Shown: one piece after another, positions 19,177 to 28,364 of the stretch
Layout: each line of letters begins with the position of its first letter
How positions within the stretch are numbered: position 1 is the stretch's first letter
NCBI GenBank assembly: GCA_022711395.1
Contig: JAKLFA010000002.1
Location: forward strand, 387,864 to 451,863
Length of the DNA stretch: 64,000 nucleotides
Origin: Candidatus Omnitrophota bacterium
Lineage (GTDB): Bacteria > Omnitrophota > Gorgyraeia > Zapsychrales > JANLHA01
Reading direction: 5' to 3'
The notes under the pieces: generated by a model
The model's database searches: none
The model's input: only the letters and a program-made list of their open reading frames with translations
Told to the model about the DNA's origin: nothing
Translations under genes and position numbers: made by a program

Positions 19177-19290
19177 AAAAACGCCCTCCCGAAACAGCCT
19201 GACCATCCGGCAAAAGATCCTTAAAAAGCATAGGAGCCCCCTCCTTTCTCTGCTAGAATAAAATCAATCTTAAACCCGTATGGAACGGTT

Positions 19291-20157
19291 ATGCCCGTCA
19301 AACTTTCCAGAAAAAAGAAGCGCAAACAGTGGGTCGATGACATCCTCTTCACCACCCTTATCCTGATCCCGACCTTCGGTGTGGCGGCGCTGCTTCTGAC
19401 AAATTTCGAGAACAGCATCTTTGACTTCATGTCCCGCGTCCTGGCCATCGACACCAGGCTCTTGTTCACATTTCTGTTTTTCATCTTCATCGTCTGCGGG
19501 ACCCTTTTGTTCATCATCCTCCAATGGGCCGACCGCGACAACGTGCGTTTCAAGATGAAGCGCGACCAATACCGCAGCCAGCTGGTCTGCCGGGACTATT
19601 ACGGCAGCGCGCACCGTTTCCGGGTGGATAAATTCATCGCCGGGCATTTGGCGGAAGCCCCTAAAGAACAAAAGATCGATATCGACCACAGCTTGCGGAC
19701 ATCGGACTTTGTGGCCACGGACCAGACCTACAAAGCGCTCGCGGCGCGCAAGACCGATATCCATTTTGAAAAGGGCAAACTGCACGGAACGTTCAAGACC
19801 CATTTCGCTTCCGGAAGCGTGCTCGCCGAGATCAATTATGAGCACGGCCGCCTTCACGGCCCGCTTCTGGTCTACTACCCCAACGGGGCTCTTCATAATG
19901 AAAAGCATTTCCGCGACGGAAAGCTCAACGGGATCTTCCGCGCGTGGGATGAGGACGGGGCGTTATTTTTTGAGATCGAGTTCAAGGACGACCTTCAGCA
20001 TGGCTTTGACAAGACCTATCAGAAGGGCGGCGTCCTGGAATATGAGGACACTTTCGTCAACGGCAAACGGATCCTCAGAAAGACCTTCGATTCCAGCGGA
20101 AAGCTCAAATTCGAGCAAAGCTATTTAACGGAAGAATTCAAGATCAAAGATGCCTGA
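19291..20157 (+). CDS. MORN-repeat-variant protein (YwqK-like)
   Basis: 288 aa. N-terminal transmembrane segment. Repeated HGxxxxYYxNGxL units (GTFKTHFASGSV, GPLLVYYPNGAL, GIFRAWDEDGAL). Confidence 0.6.
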   Translation: MPVKLSRKKKRKQWVDDILFTTLILIPTFGVAALLLTNFENSIFDFMSRVLAIDTRLLFTFLFFIFIVCGTLLFIILQWADRDNVRFKMKRDQYRSQLVCRDYYGSAHRFRVDKFIAGHLAEAPKEQKIDIDHSLRTSDFVATDQTYKALAARKTDIHFEKGKLHGTFKTHFASGSVLAEINYEHGRLHGPLLVYYPNGALHNEKHFRDGKLNGIFRAWDEDGALFFEIEFKDDLQHGFDKTYQKGGVLEYEDTFVNGKRILRKTFDSSGKLKFEQSYLTEEFKIKDA

Positions 20158-20161
20158 TGTT

Positions 20162-20767
20162 TTACGGAATGACCATTTCCCGGCGGGAATTCAAGGACAT
20201 GGTCAGCGTCGAATGGTCCACATATTCGACCGAGCTCCCCATGGGGATGCCGACCCCGATGCGTGAAACCCTGATCCCGGCCGATCTCAGCCGGTCCGCG
20301 ATAAAAAGCGCGGTCATCTCGCCTTCGGTGTCAGCGTCGGTGGCGATCAGAACCTCCCTGGCCTTTAAACGCTCAATGCGGCCCAAAAGATGCTCGACCT
20401 TCAGGTCGTCCGGCCCCCTTCCATCCGACGGTGAGATCGCGCCCAAAAGCACGTGATACAACCCGCGGAAGACCCCTGTGCGCTCGATGGCCAGCAGGTC
20501 TTTGGGGTTCTCCACGACACAGATCACGGAGCGGTCCCGGCTCTCATCCTGGCAGATGCGGCAGGTCGGCTGGTCGGTCAGGCTGTTGCATTCCTGACAA
20601 AAACGCAACTCCTCTTTAAGGCGGCGGATCCCATCAGACAACGCGGCGGACTCCTCTGGCGCGCTGTTCAAGAGCCAAAAGACCATGCGCTCCGCGCTTC
20701 GTCTTCCGATGCCGGGAAGCCGTGAGAACTGTTCGATCAATTGTTCGACGAGTTTAGGATACGACAT
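20162..20767 (-). CDS. recR: recombination protein RecR
   Basis: HhH N-terminus (LPGIGRRSAERM), C4 zinc finger (CQECNSLTDQPTCRIC) and Toprim domain. Confidence 0.85.
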   Translation of the reverse strand: MSYPKLVEQLIEQFSRLPGIGRRSAERMVFWLLNSAPEESAALSDGIRRLKEELRFCQECNSLTDQPTCRICQDESRDRSVICVVENPKDLLAIERTGVFRGLYHVLLGAISPSDGRGPDDLKVEHLLGRIERLKAREVLIATDADTEGEMTALFIADRLRSAGIRVSRIGVGIPMGSSVEYVDHSTLTMSLNSRREMVIP

Positions 20768-20794
20768 ATAACCTTTCAACAAGACACTGTGACA

Positions 20795-20992
20795 CTAAGG
20801 CACTAGGACACTAAAGCCATATCAAATAAAATACATAGAAATAAATATGACAATATACAAACAGCAAATTCCAAGTATTTCTTTAATGTCCCCGCCCTGT
20901 TTTAGTTTTTATATCTTGTCTTTTGTGTATTGCTTGGTATTTGGTGCTTGTTTATTTTGTTCGCTTCTAAAGCTCTCTCAGTGTCCTAGTGC
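20795..20992. repeat. AT-rich intergenic element bounded by 14-bp inverted repeats (GGCACTAGGACACT / AGTGTCCTAGTGCC)
   Basis: The interior shares motifs (gcaaattccaa, ttgtcttttgtgtattgcttggtatttg..gtttatt) with the element at 7745-7920. Confidence 0.45.
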
Positions 20993-21005
20993 CTGAGCGC
21001 CTTTT

Positions 21006-22712
21006 CTATTCATTATGCCAGCGGGAGACGACCTCCCCGCCGAACGTCTTTAACGCGTCCTGGATGACCGGGGAATCCACTTCGACCGCCGGAGGATGGA
21101 TGTCCTTGATGATCCTGTATTCGATCGTCACCGGGCGGCTGAGGGCTTCAGAGAAGATCCTCTCCACCAGTTTAATGTTGTCCCCGTGCTCCATGGAATC
21201 CTTGTAAAATTCACAGTCCTGGCTAAAGCCGATGACCAAATGCCCTCCCGGAAGATCGAACGAGACGGGAGCGGCTTCCTGAAGATAGGTCGCAAGCGAC
21301 ATCCTCTCCCTTGAAACCGCGTGCGTCAAGGCCGGCCATTCGCTCATGCAGTAGGCCAGGTCAACTGTCGCAGGGACCATCTCCCCCGCTTTGGAAAGCT
21401 GGAGCGGCTGCTCCACGAATGGATCGATCTCATCGTTTGCTTCGGGCCCGTCAGAAGCCGGCGGATTCAACGGATTGAGCTGGCCGCGCCTGTTCTTGAT
21501 CAGGCTCCCGGAGACAAAACCCTGGGCGGCGGGCTGTTCGACCTTCGGTTCCGCCGGGACGGCTGCGGCCGGAGCCGTCTTTTCGGCCGCGCCCGCGGAA
21601 GGGCCGATCGCCAGCGTTAATTTCGCGAAGGCGATCTCAAGCGGGGCGCGCTCGCTTTCCGTGATCCGTGCGACATCCTGCGACTCGATGAAAATATCGA
21701 TCGCCCGCAGGATATCCGCCATTTTGAATTGCTGGGCCTGCTGAAAATATTCGGTCTTGACCTCTCCGGGATAATCCACGAGCTTGCCCATCTCAACGGC
21801 CATCTCCTTGGAAGCGCCGGCGACCTTCATGACCATCAAATTTCTAAAATGCTCGACCAGGTCTTTTGACAGCTGCTTGATGTCCTTGCCCCGCTCGATG
21901 ATCTCGTCAAAAATGATCAGCGCCTGCGCGCAGTCCCCGGCCGCCAGGGCCCGTGCCAGGCCGAACATCAGTTCCAACTCGACCATCCCGAGCATCGAAT
22001 ACACGTCCTGGCCGCGGATCTCCTGCTGTTTGGAAGCCCCCACCTGGTCCATGATGCTTAAGGCGTCCCGGAAGCTCCCCTGAGAAGCCTTGGCGATCGC
22101 GTAGACCGCCTGGTCATCGATCGAGATCTTTTCCTTTTTGGCGATGGCCTTTAACGCGTCGCAGGCCACCTTAAAGGGGATCCGCTTAAAATCATAGCGC
22201 TGGCAGCGCGATATGATCGTCGCCGGGACCTTGTTGGGGTCCGTGGTGGCAAAAATGAACTTGACGTGTTCCGGCGGCTCTTCCAGCGTTTTTAAAAGCG
22301 CATTGAACGCCTCCGAGGTCAGCATGTGGACCTCATCGACGATATAGATCTTATATCGCCCGTAACTGGGCGCGAACTTGACATTTTCCCGGATCGTGCG
22401 GATCTCATCGATGCCGCGGTTGGATGCCCCGTCGATCTCCAGGACATCAAAACTATTGCCGGAAGTGATGGACTGGCAGGAGGAGCACGTCCCGCACGGC
22501 TCAACGGTAAGACCCTTCTCACAGTTCAGGGATTTCGCCAGGATCCGCGCGCAGGAGGTCTTCCCGATCCCCCGCGGCCCGCAGAACAGATACGCCTGGC
22601 CCAGACGGCCGCTTTGCACCCCGTTCTTCAAGACCTCGGTGATATGCTCCTGCCCGATGACCGTGTCGAACGTTTCCGGACGGTATTTTCGCGCTAAGAC
22701 AAGATATGACAT
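21006..22712 (-). CDS. dnaX: DNA polymerase III subunit gamma/tau
   Basis: 568 aa. GPRGIGKTSCARILAKSLNCE Walker A. Zinc module CGTCSSC. Proline- and alanine-rich linker. Confidence 0.9.
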   Translation of the reverse strand: MSYLVLARKYRPETFDTVIGQEHITEVLKNGVQSGRLGQAYLFCGPRGIGKTSCARILAKSLNCEKGLTVEPCGTCSSCQSITSGNSFDVLEIDGASNRGIDEIRTIRENVKFAPSYGRYKIYIVDEVHMLTSEAFNALLKTLEEPPEHVKFIFATTDPNKVPATIISRCQRYDFKRIPFKVACDALKAIAKKEKISIDDQAVYAIAKASQGSFRDALSIMDQVGASKQQEIRGQDVYSMLGMVELELMFGLARALAAGDCAQALIIFDEIIERGKDIKQLSKDLVEHFRNLMVMKVAGASKEMAVEMGKLVDYPGEVKTEYFQQAQQFKMADILRAIDIFIESQDVARITESERAPLEIAFAKLTLAIGPSAGAAEKTAPAAAVPAEPKVEQPAAQGFVSGSLIKNRRGQLNPLNPPASDGPEANDEIDPFVEQPLQLSKAGEMVPATVDLAYCMSEWPALTHAVSRERMSLATYLQEAAPVSFDLPGGHLVIGFSQDCEFYKDSMEHGDNIKLVERIFSEALSRPVTIEYRIIKDIHPPAVEVDSPVIQDALKTFGGEVVSRWHNE

Positions 22713-22793
22713 GAAACACCTTTGAACATCAGATTGGTAAATTCTTAACTTGCCTGTATTTTAACACAAAACCTTTTTTTTCAAATTCAAAAT

Positions 22794-23711
22794 CTATTTT
22801 GTTTTTGGGCCCAGGGCCGCGCTGAGGGCCGAACTTAAGTCCGGATATGAAAAACGGTATCCGCTGCGCAAAAGCCTGGCGGGAAGAGCGGACACTCCCT
22901 GCAAAATGACCTCCTGGGCCATCGGCCCCAGGACAGCCTTAAGCGCAAACGCCGGCACCGGCAAAAAAGCCGGGCGCCTGAGCGCCAGCCCAAGTTGGGC
23001 GCTCAATTCCGCGCTGGAGACCGGATAAGGAGATGAGCAGTTGACCGGCCCGTCCAGCTCGTCATGCTCCAGAATGTGCTCAATAACGCGCGGGACCTCC
23101 AAAAGAGATATCCAGCTTAGAGGTTGTTTCCCGCTTCCCAGACAGCCGCCCAGCCCGGTCCGAAATACCGGCAGCAGCTTGGCCAGCATTCCGCCATTTC
23201 TGCTGAGCACCGCCCCAAAACGCAGCGCAACCGTGCGGATGCCGAGGCGCCTGGCCGCGAAAGCTTCTTCTTCCCAGGCCCTGCAGACATCCGCCAAAAA
23301 GCCTGTCCCGGCGGGAGATGATTCATCACAGAATTCCTCGATCCGGTGCCCGCCGTAAAACCCCAGCGCTGACGCTGACAGAAAAACCTTGGGCGGGGCA
23401 GGCATTTTTCGAAATGTTTCGACCAGAAGCCTGGTGGATCGAACGCGGCTTTCCAGGATCTCGCGTTTGTAAGCATCATCCCAGCGCCGCGCCGCCAGAT
23501 TGGCGCCTGCCAGATGGATGACCGCCCCGGCCCCGTCCAGAGCGCCGGCATCAAGGCGTCCTTCAGCAGGCGACCAGATCACATCGCCTGGACGCGCGCC
23601 TGCGCAAGCGCCTCCCCTCCTGATACGCAGCAACGGAATGTCTTTATTTTGAAAATACGAGCACAGATAAGATCCGATGAGCCCGGCCGAACCGGTGATG
23701 GCGATCTTCAT
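22794..23711 (-). CDS. TIGR01777/YfcH-family NAD-dependent epimerase-like protein (SDR39U1-type)
   Basis: 305 aa. MKIAITGSAGLIGSYL Rossmann motif. DUF1731-like C-terminus. Confidence 0.75.
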   Translation of the reverse strand: MKIAITGSAGLIGSYLCSYFQNKDIPLLRIRRGGACAGARPGDVIWSPAEGRLDAGALDGAGAVIHLAGANLAARRWDDAYKREILESRVRSTRLLVETFRKMPAPPKVFLSASALGFYGGHRIEEFCDESSPAGTGFLADVCRAWEEEAFAARRLGIRTVALRFGAVLSRNGGMLAKLLPVFRTGLGGCLGSGKQPLSWISLLEVPRVIEHILEHDELDGPVNCSSPYPVSSAELSAQLGLALRRPAFLPVPAFALKAVLGPMAQEVILQGVSALPARLLRSGYRFSYPDLSSALSAALGPKTK

Positions 23712-23746
23712 TTTCTTAAAGCCCCTCAGATAAAAAGGACCGTGAT

Positions 23747-25906
23747 CTATCGCTTTGTCCCAAAATGCTGCTGAAGGTCCCTTTTCATGGACAAGGCGAT
23801 GCGTTTGCGGTCGAGTTCGACCTCAAGAACAGTGACCTCCACCTTTTGATGGACTTGGACCACATCATTGGGATCTTTGACAAATTTATCCGATAGTTGG
23901 CTGATGTGCACAAGCCCTTCTAAATGAACGCCGATATCCACGAACGCGCCGAACTTGGTGACGTTGGTCACGATCCCCGGGAGCTTCATTCCGGGTTTCA
24001 AGTCCTCCGGCTTGGTCACCCCTTTTTTGAATGAAAACGCCTCAAACTGAACGCGCGGGTCCCTGCCCGGCTTGGCGAGCTCCTGCAGGATGTCCTCGAG
24101 GGTCGGCCTGCCGACAAGGTCCGTCACATAACGGTCAAGGATGATGCGGCTACGCAGCTGGTCATTGCGCAAAAGCTCCCCGACGCGGACATTGAGGTCC
24201 TTGGCCATGCGTTCAACAATGGAATAGCTTTCCGGATGGATGGCGCTGGCGTCCAGCGGATTGGCCCCGTCCCGGATCCGCAAAAAACCCGCCGCCTGTT
24301 CGACCGCCTTCGGCCCCAGGCCGTTCACATTATAAAGGTCGTCCCTTGAATTGAAACGGCCATGCTCCTGACGGTAGGCCACGATCGCCTGAGCGCGCGT
24401 CGGCCCCAGCCCGGAAACATAGGTCAGCAGCTGTTTGCTGGCGGTATTGAGCTCAACTCCCACCTGGTTGACGCAGCTGATGACCGTGTCATCCAGGCTC
24501 TCTTTCAAAAGGTTCTGGTCCACGTCATGCTGATACTGCCCGACCCCGATGGATTTAGGATCGATCTTGACCAGTTCCGCCAGCGGGTCCATGAGGCGCC
24601 GCCCGATGGAGATCGCCCCGCGCACCGTCACGTCAAAATCCGGAAATTCCTCCCGCGCCACATCCGAGGCAGAATAGATCGAAGCCCCGCTTTCATTGAC
24701 CACCAGGACATGGATATCGTCCGGCAGGCCAAGCCCGCGGACGAACTCCTCGGTCTCACGAGACGCCGTTCCATTTCCGATGGCGATAAAACGGACCTTG
24801 TAGCGCTCGACCAATTGCGGGATCATTTTGGCGCAAAGCTCCATTTGCGCTTCAGATCCGACGGGAAAGACTGTTTCATTCATCAAAAAAGCGCCGTTCT
24901 CATCCAGGCAGACCACTTTGCATCCGGTGCGGAAACCGGGATCGATCGCCATCACCCGATGATGCCCCAGCGGTGATTCCATCAAAAGCCCGTGCAGATT
25001 CTTTTTAAAGACTTCGATCGCTTCCCTATCAGCCTCAAGCTTCGTCGCGATCCGCACTTCGGTCTCCATGGAAAGGGACAGCAGCCGTTTGTAGGAATCC
25101 TCGACGGCCAGTCTCACCTGCTCGGCGGCATCATTTTTCGCCTTAAGAAAATATGAATTCAGGATCCTGACCGCTTCTTCCTCCGGGGCGGCGACCCGAA
25201 GCATCAGCACCCCTTCCTTCTCACCCCGCCGGACGGCCAGCAGCCGGTGCGAGGGGATCGACTTGACCGGTTCCTGCCAGTCAAAATAATCACGGTATTT
25301 GATCCCTTCGGTATCTTTTCCGCGCACGACCTTGGAACGGTAAACGCCCTGTTCAAAGAACAGGGTCCGGAGCTTCGCCCGGACGTCCGCGTTCTCGTTG
25401 ACCCATTCCGCGATAATGTCCCTGGCCCCGGATAACGCCTCTTCGTAATTGGCCACCTTCTTTTCTTCGTCGATATATTTCGCCGCCTCTTCGACGATAT
25501 CAAAGACCCCCTGCTCAAAGAGCTTCTGCGCCAAAGGCTCCAGGCCCTTTTCTTTGGCAACAGTGGCGCGCGTGCGGCGCTTGGGCTTATACGGAAGGTA
25601 AATATCCTCCAGGACGCTCATGGTCTCGGCGGCCATGACCTTTTCTTTGAGTTCATCGGTCAGTTTGTTCTGCTCGGTGAGGGATTTGATGATCGCCGCG
25701 CGCCGTTTATCAAGTTCGCGCAGCTGATTGATGCGGTCGCGAATATTGGTGACCGCCACCTCATCGAGGCTGCCGGTCGCCTCTTTGCGGTAACGGGAGA
25801 TGAACGGAACGCTGGCGCCGCCGTCCAAAAGCTCCACGGCCGCGGCAACACCCCGGCTGGGCAGCGACAATTCAGCCGCAATGTCCTTGATATACTTCTC
25901 ACTCAT
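23747..25906 (-). CDS. tex: Tex-like transcription accessory protein (YqgF, HhH and S1 domains)
   Basis: 719 aa. N-terminal SRYRKE motif. C-terminal S1 domain (GMKLPGIVTNVTKFGAFVDIG). Confidence 0.85.
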   Translation of the reverse strand: MSEKYIKDIAAELSLPSRGVAAAVELLDGGASVPFISRYRKEATGSLDEVAVTNIRDRINQLRELDKRRAAIIKSLTEQNKLTDELKEKVMAAETMSVLEDIYLPYKPKRRTRATVAKEKGLEPLAQKLFEQGVFDIVEEAAKYIDEEKKVANYEEALSGARDIIAEWVNENADVRAKLRTLFFEQGVYRSKVVRGKDTEGIKYRDYFDWQEPVKSIPSHRLLAVRRGEKEGVLMLRVAAPEEEAVRILNSYFLKAKNDAAEQVRLAVEDSYKRLLSLSMETEVRIATKLEADREAIEVFKKNLHGLLMESPLGHHRVMAIDPGFRTGCKVVCLDENGAFLMNETVFPVGSEAQMELCAKMIPQLVERYKVRFIAIGNGTASRETEEFVRGLGLPDDIHVLVVNESGASIYSASDVAREEFPDFDVTVRGAISIGRRLMDPLAELVKIDPKSIGVGQYQHDVDQNLLKESLDDTVISCVNQVGVELNTASKQLLTYVSGLGPTRAQAIVAYRQEHGRFNSRDDLYNVNGLGPKAVEQAAGFLRIRDGANPLDASAIHPESYSIVERMAKDLNVRVGELLRNDQLRSRIILDRYVTDLVGRPTLEDILQELAKPGRDPRVQFEAFSFKKGVTKPEDLKPGMKLPGIVTNVTKFGAFVDIGVHLEGLVHISQLSDKFVKDPNDVVQVHQKVEVTVLEVELDRKRIALSMKRDLQQHFGTKR

Positions 25907-25958
25907 ACGTCGATCCTCTTGTCCGGAAAGTCCTGAACTTCAGGTTTTATGATAAGAA

Positions 25959-27095
25959 CTAGAATTGAATGCCTGTTTTAAGGCCAAATTCCCAGGTCCG
26001 GTTGTTCGGCTCAAGCCCGCACATGTCAACCGTGCAGCCGGCGTTGGAATCCTTAATATGCCAATACCGGGTGAACGGTTCCACAACAAAATTCACGACC
26101 GGCGTTTCCTTAATGACCTTGATCGAACCCCGGTAGCCGTAACCTTCATTTTGGTCATTCTCCAGGGTCTCGCTATAGCCCGGGACATCCCCCAGATGGC
26201 TCCGCTGCTGCCCATCAACAAAAATGTCATACTCAAGATTAAAGACCGTCTTCCATCCCGCCTCAAAGGTGCGTTCAATATCGATCCCAAGCGGAATATA
26301 GACATACTGGGATTCCCGGTCATAGCTCCAATGGCCGGTCGTTGTCCGCTGTCCGCCGTTATCATCTTTCAAATAACGATACCCCAGCCCGGCGTAGGGC
26401 GTGAGCGTGATGTTCTTTCCCGACAAGGGATAATCCGCCCCGACGACCAGGCGCGTTTCATGCGCGAAATGCGTTTCATCCTCTTTCTCGCCGCTTCCTT
26501 CCGAACGGTATTTGATATCGCTCCCGCGGCTGTAGCGGCTGTCCAGGCGCAAAACGTTCAACCTTTCCACCCCGGAGAAGATCTCACCCAGCGAATTGAC
26601 CGGTTCATTCTCATGGAAACGGTGCGTGTAAACCCCGTAGACACCGATCATCGAACCATCCAGTTTCATGAAGCCCTCTTCCCGATATGTGTAATCAAAG
26701 ATCTCGGCCCCGACCTCGGCGCTATTAAGGGGGTTCTCCTTAAAATTCAAATACTGATAAGAAAAATTCTCCTTCGGGAGTCCCGCCGGCGCCGCAAAAG
26801 ACGCCGGTTCTTCATTGGAGGGCGCAGCCATCTCAGCCGGATCAGGCTCGACAGCCTGATCATCAGAACGGACAACGATCGGGTCGACTTTTACCTTGAC
26901 CGATGGCCTCCTCGCTTCCGGCGCGGCCGTGTCAAGCGCGCAAATATCCCGCTGATTGATCGCTCCCTCATCATAAAGCCTCTGAAAACAATCCAGGTTT
27001 TGCGCGATAACACCCTGGCGGTCTGAAGCCCCGGACGCTGAGGCGCCTATCAAGCACATGCCTAAAACGGCAAGAAGAGAAAAAATTTTTTTCAT
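25959..27095 (-). CDS. putative outer-membrane beta-barrel protein (paralog A)
   Basis: 378 aa. Signal peptide and C-terminal Phe. Alternating amphipathic strands. Shares a conserved approximately 250-aa C-terminal region with the next gene (TPYAGLGYRYLKDDNGGQRTTTGHWSYDRESQY...). Confidence 0.5.
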   Translation of the reverse strand: MKKIFSLLAVLGMCLIGASASGASDRQGVIAQNLDCFQRLYDEGAINQRDICALDTAAPEARRPSVKVKVDPIVVRSDDQAVEPDPAEMAAPSNEEPASFAAPAGLPKENFSYQYLNFKENPLNSAEVGAEIFDYTYREEGFMKLDGSMIGVYGVYTHRFHENEPVNSLGEIFSGVERLNVLRLDSRYSRGSDIKYRSEGSGEKEDETHFAHETRLVVGADYPLSGKNITLTPYAGLGYRYLKDDNGGQRTTTGHWSYDRESQYVYIPLGIDIERTFEAGWKTVFNLEYDIFVDGQQRSHLGDVPGYSETLENDQNEGYGYRGSIKVIKETPVVNFVVEPFTRYWHIKDSNAGCTVDMCGLEPNNRTWEFGLKTGIQF

Positions 27096-27107
27096 GAAAT
27101 TCCCCTT

Positions 27108-28280
27108 TTAAAAATTAACGCCCATTCGCAGACCGTATTCTTCGGTCCGGTTATTCGGCTCGATCCCGCAGGTCTCATCAGAGCATCCGACATGGGACGG
27201 TTCAATGTGCCAGTAGCGCACGAACGGTTCCAGGAACAAATCCATCATTTCCGCCTGCCTGGAAAGCTTCAAAGACGTTCGGGCCCCGTAACCGCTGGGC
27301 TGGTGATTGGACAGCGTTTGCGTGTAGACACCATCAGGATCGTCCTCAAAATGGCTCTTCTGCTGGCCGGTCATGAACCAGTCGTATTCCGCGTTCCATT
27401 TGAGCCTCCATCGCTCAGAAAGCGGCCGCGCCAGATCAAAACCGATCGGCACATAATAATATTGCGATTCACGGTCATACGCCCAATGCCCCGTGGTGCT
27501 GCGCTTGCCACCGTTATCATCCAGAAGGTAACGATAGCCGACACCGATATACGGGGTCACGGTAAATCCATTCTTTAAATAATAATCGTAGCCGGCCATG
27601 GTCCGGACTTCATAGCTGTAATGTTTCTCATCAAAAGCGTCCCCCGTGCCTTCGGAGCGGTAATGCCCGTCCCACATGCCGCTCACGCGCGCGTCCACCT
27701 TGAACATCGTCGGATGAATCACGGTCTTGCCCATCTCTTCCATGGATGTGACCTGATAAGGCTTGCGGAAACGGTGCTCGTATTCACTGCGCAGACCATA
27801 CATCGTCCCGTCAATCTTCATGAACCCTTCCTCACGGTAGCTGTAATCAAAGGCTTCGAACCCGATATCAAGCGAATTGTTGGGGTCTTTCAGATCAAAG
27901 AACTGCTGGGCGATGGTCTTTTTCGGGTCCCGGATCGGCGCGTCTTCTCCAGGCTGTGAAAACTCCGGATCTGAAATGCGCGCCACCGTAACGGCTTGAG
28001 GCTGAGCGGAAACAACTGGATCCGGAGCTGTTTCACGGATACTGGAATGAACGTCGCTCAAGGCTTCAACAGGCTCAACAGCAACGGCCGGCAAAGACGT
28101 CTCTTTTTGTTCATAAGCATCAAGGGCCTGTCCAACGACCTCTTTGCGCGGCTGATAGGTCTCGTAGCGGCTGGTCACGTAAGACGGACGGGACGCGGCT
28201 GAAGCGTTCATCGCCTCAGGGAAAAAAACGCAGAGAAAAAGCGTTCCAGCGCAAATTTTAAGAGATATCGAAATCTTCAT
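27108..28280 (-). CDS. putative outer-membrane beta-barrel protein (paralog B)
   Basis: 390 aa. Same architecture and conserved blocks as paralog A. Ends GLRMGVNF. Confidence 0.5.
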   Translation of the reverse strand: MKISISLKICAGTLFLCVFFPEAMNASAASRPSYVTSRYETYQPRKEVVGQALDAYEQKETSLPAVAVEPVEALSDVHSSIRETAPDPVVSAQPQAVTVARISDPEFSQPGEDAPIRDPKKTIAQQFFDLKDPNNSLDIGFEAFDYSYREEGFMKIDGTMYGLRSEYEHRFRKPYQVTSMEEMGKTVIHPTMFKVDARVSGMWDGHYRSEGTGDAFDEKHYSYEVRTMAGYDYYLKNGFTVTPYIGVGYRYLLDDNGGKRSTTGHWAYDRESQYYYVPIGFDLARPLSERWRLKWNAEYDWFMTGQQKSHFEDDPDGVYTQTLSNHQPSGYGARTSLKLSRQAEMMDLFLEPFVRYWHIEPSHVGCSDETCGIEPNNRTEEYGLRMGVNF

Positions 28281-28364
28281 GTGTGTTTAAATAATATATA
28301 TTTTTATTTTAGGGGGTTACGAATAACGTGGCAATGAAAAAAACGTTTTTTGTTCCGTCTGTTT

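Noticed and set aside
25965-27026. 353-aa plus-strand ORF
   Set aside because: Antisense to the outer-membrane-protein gene. The Arg-rich translation is typical of a GC-rich antisense frame.
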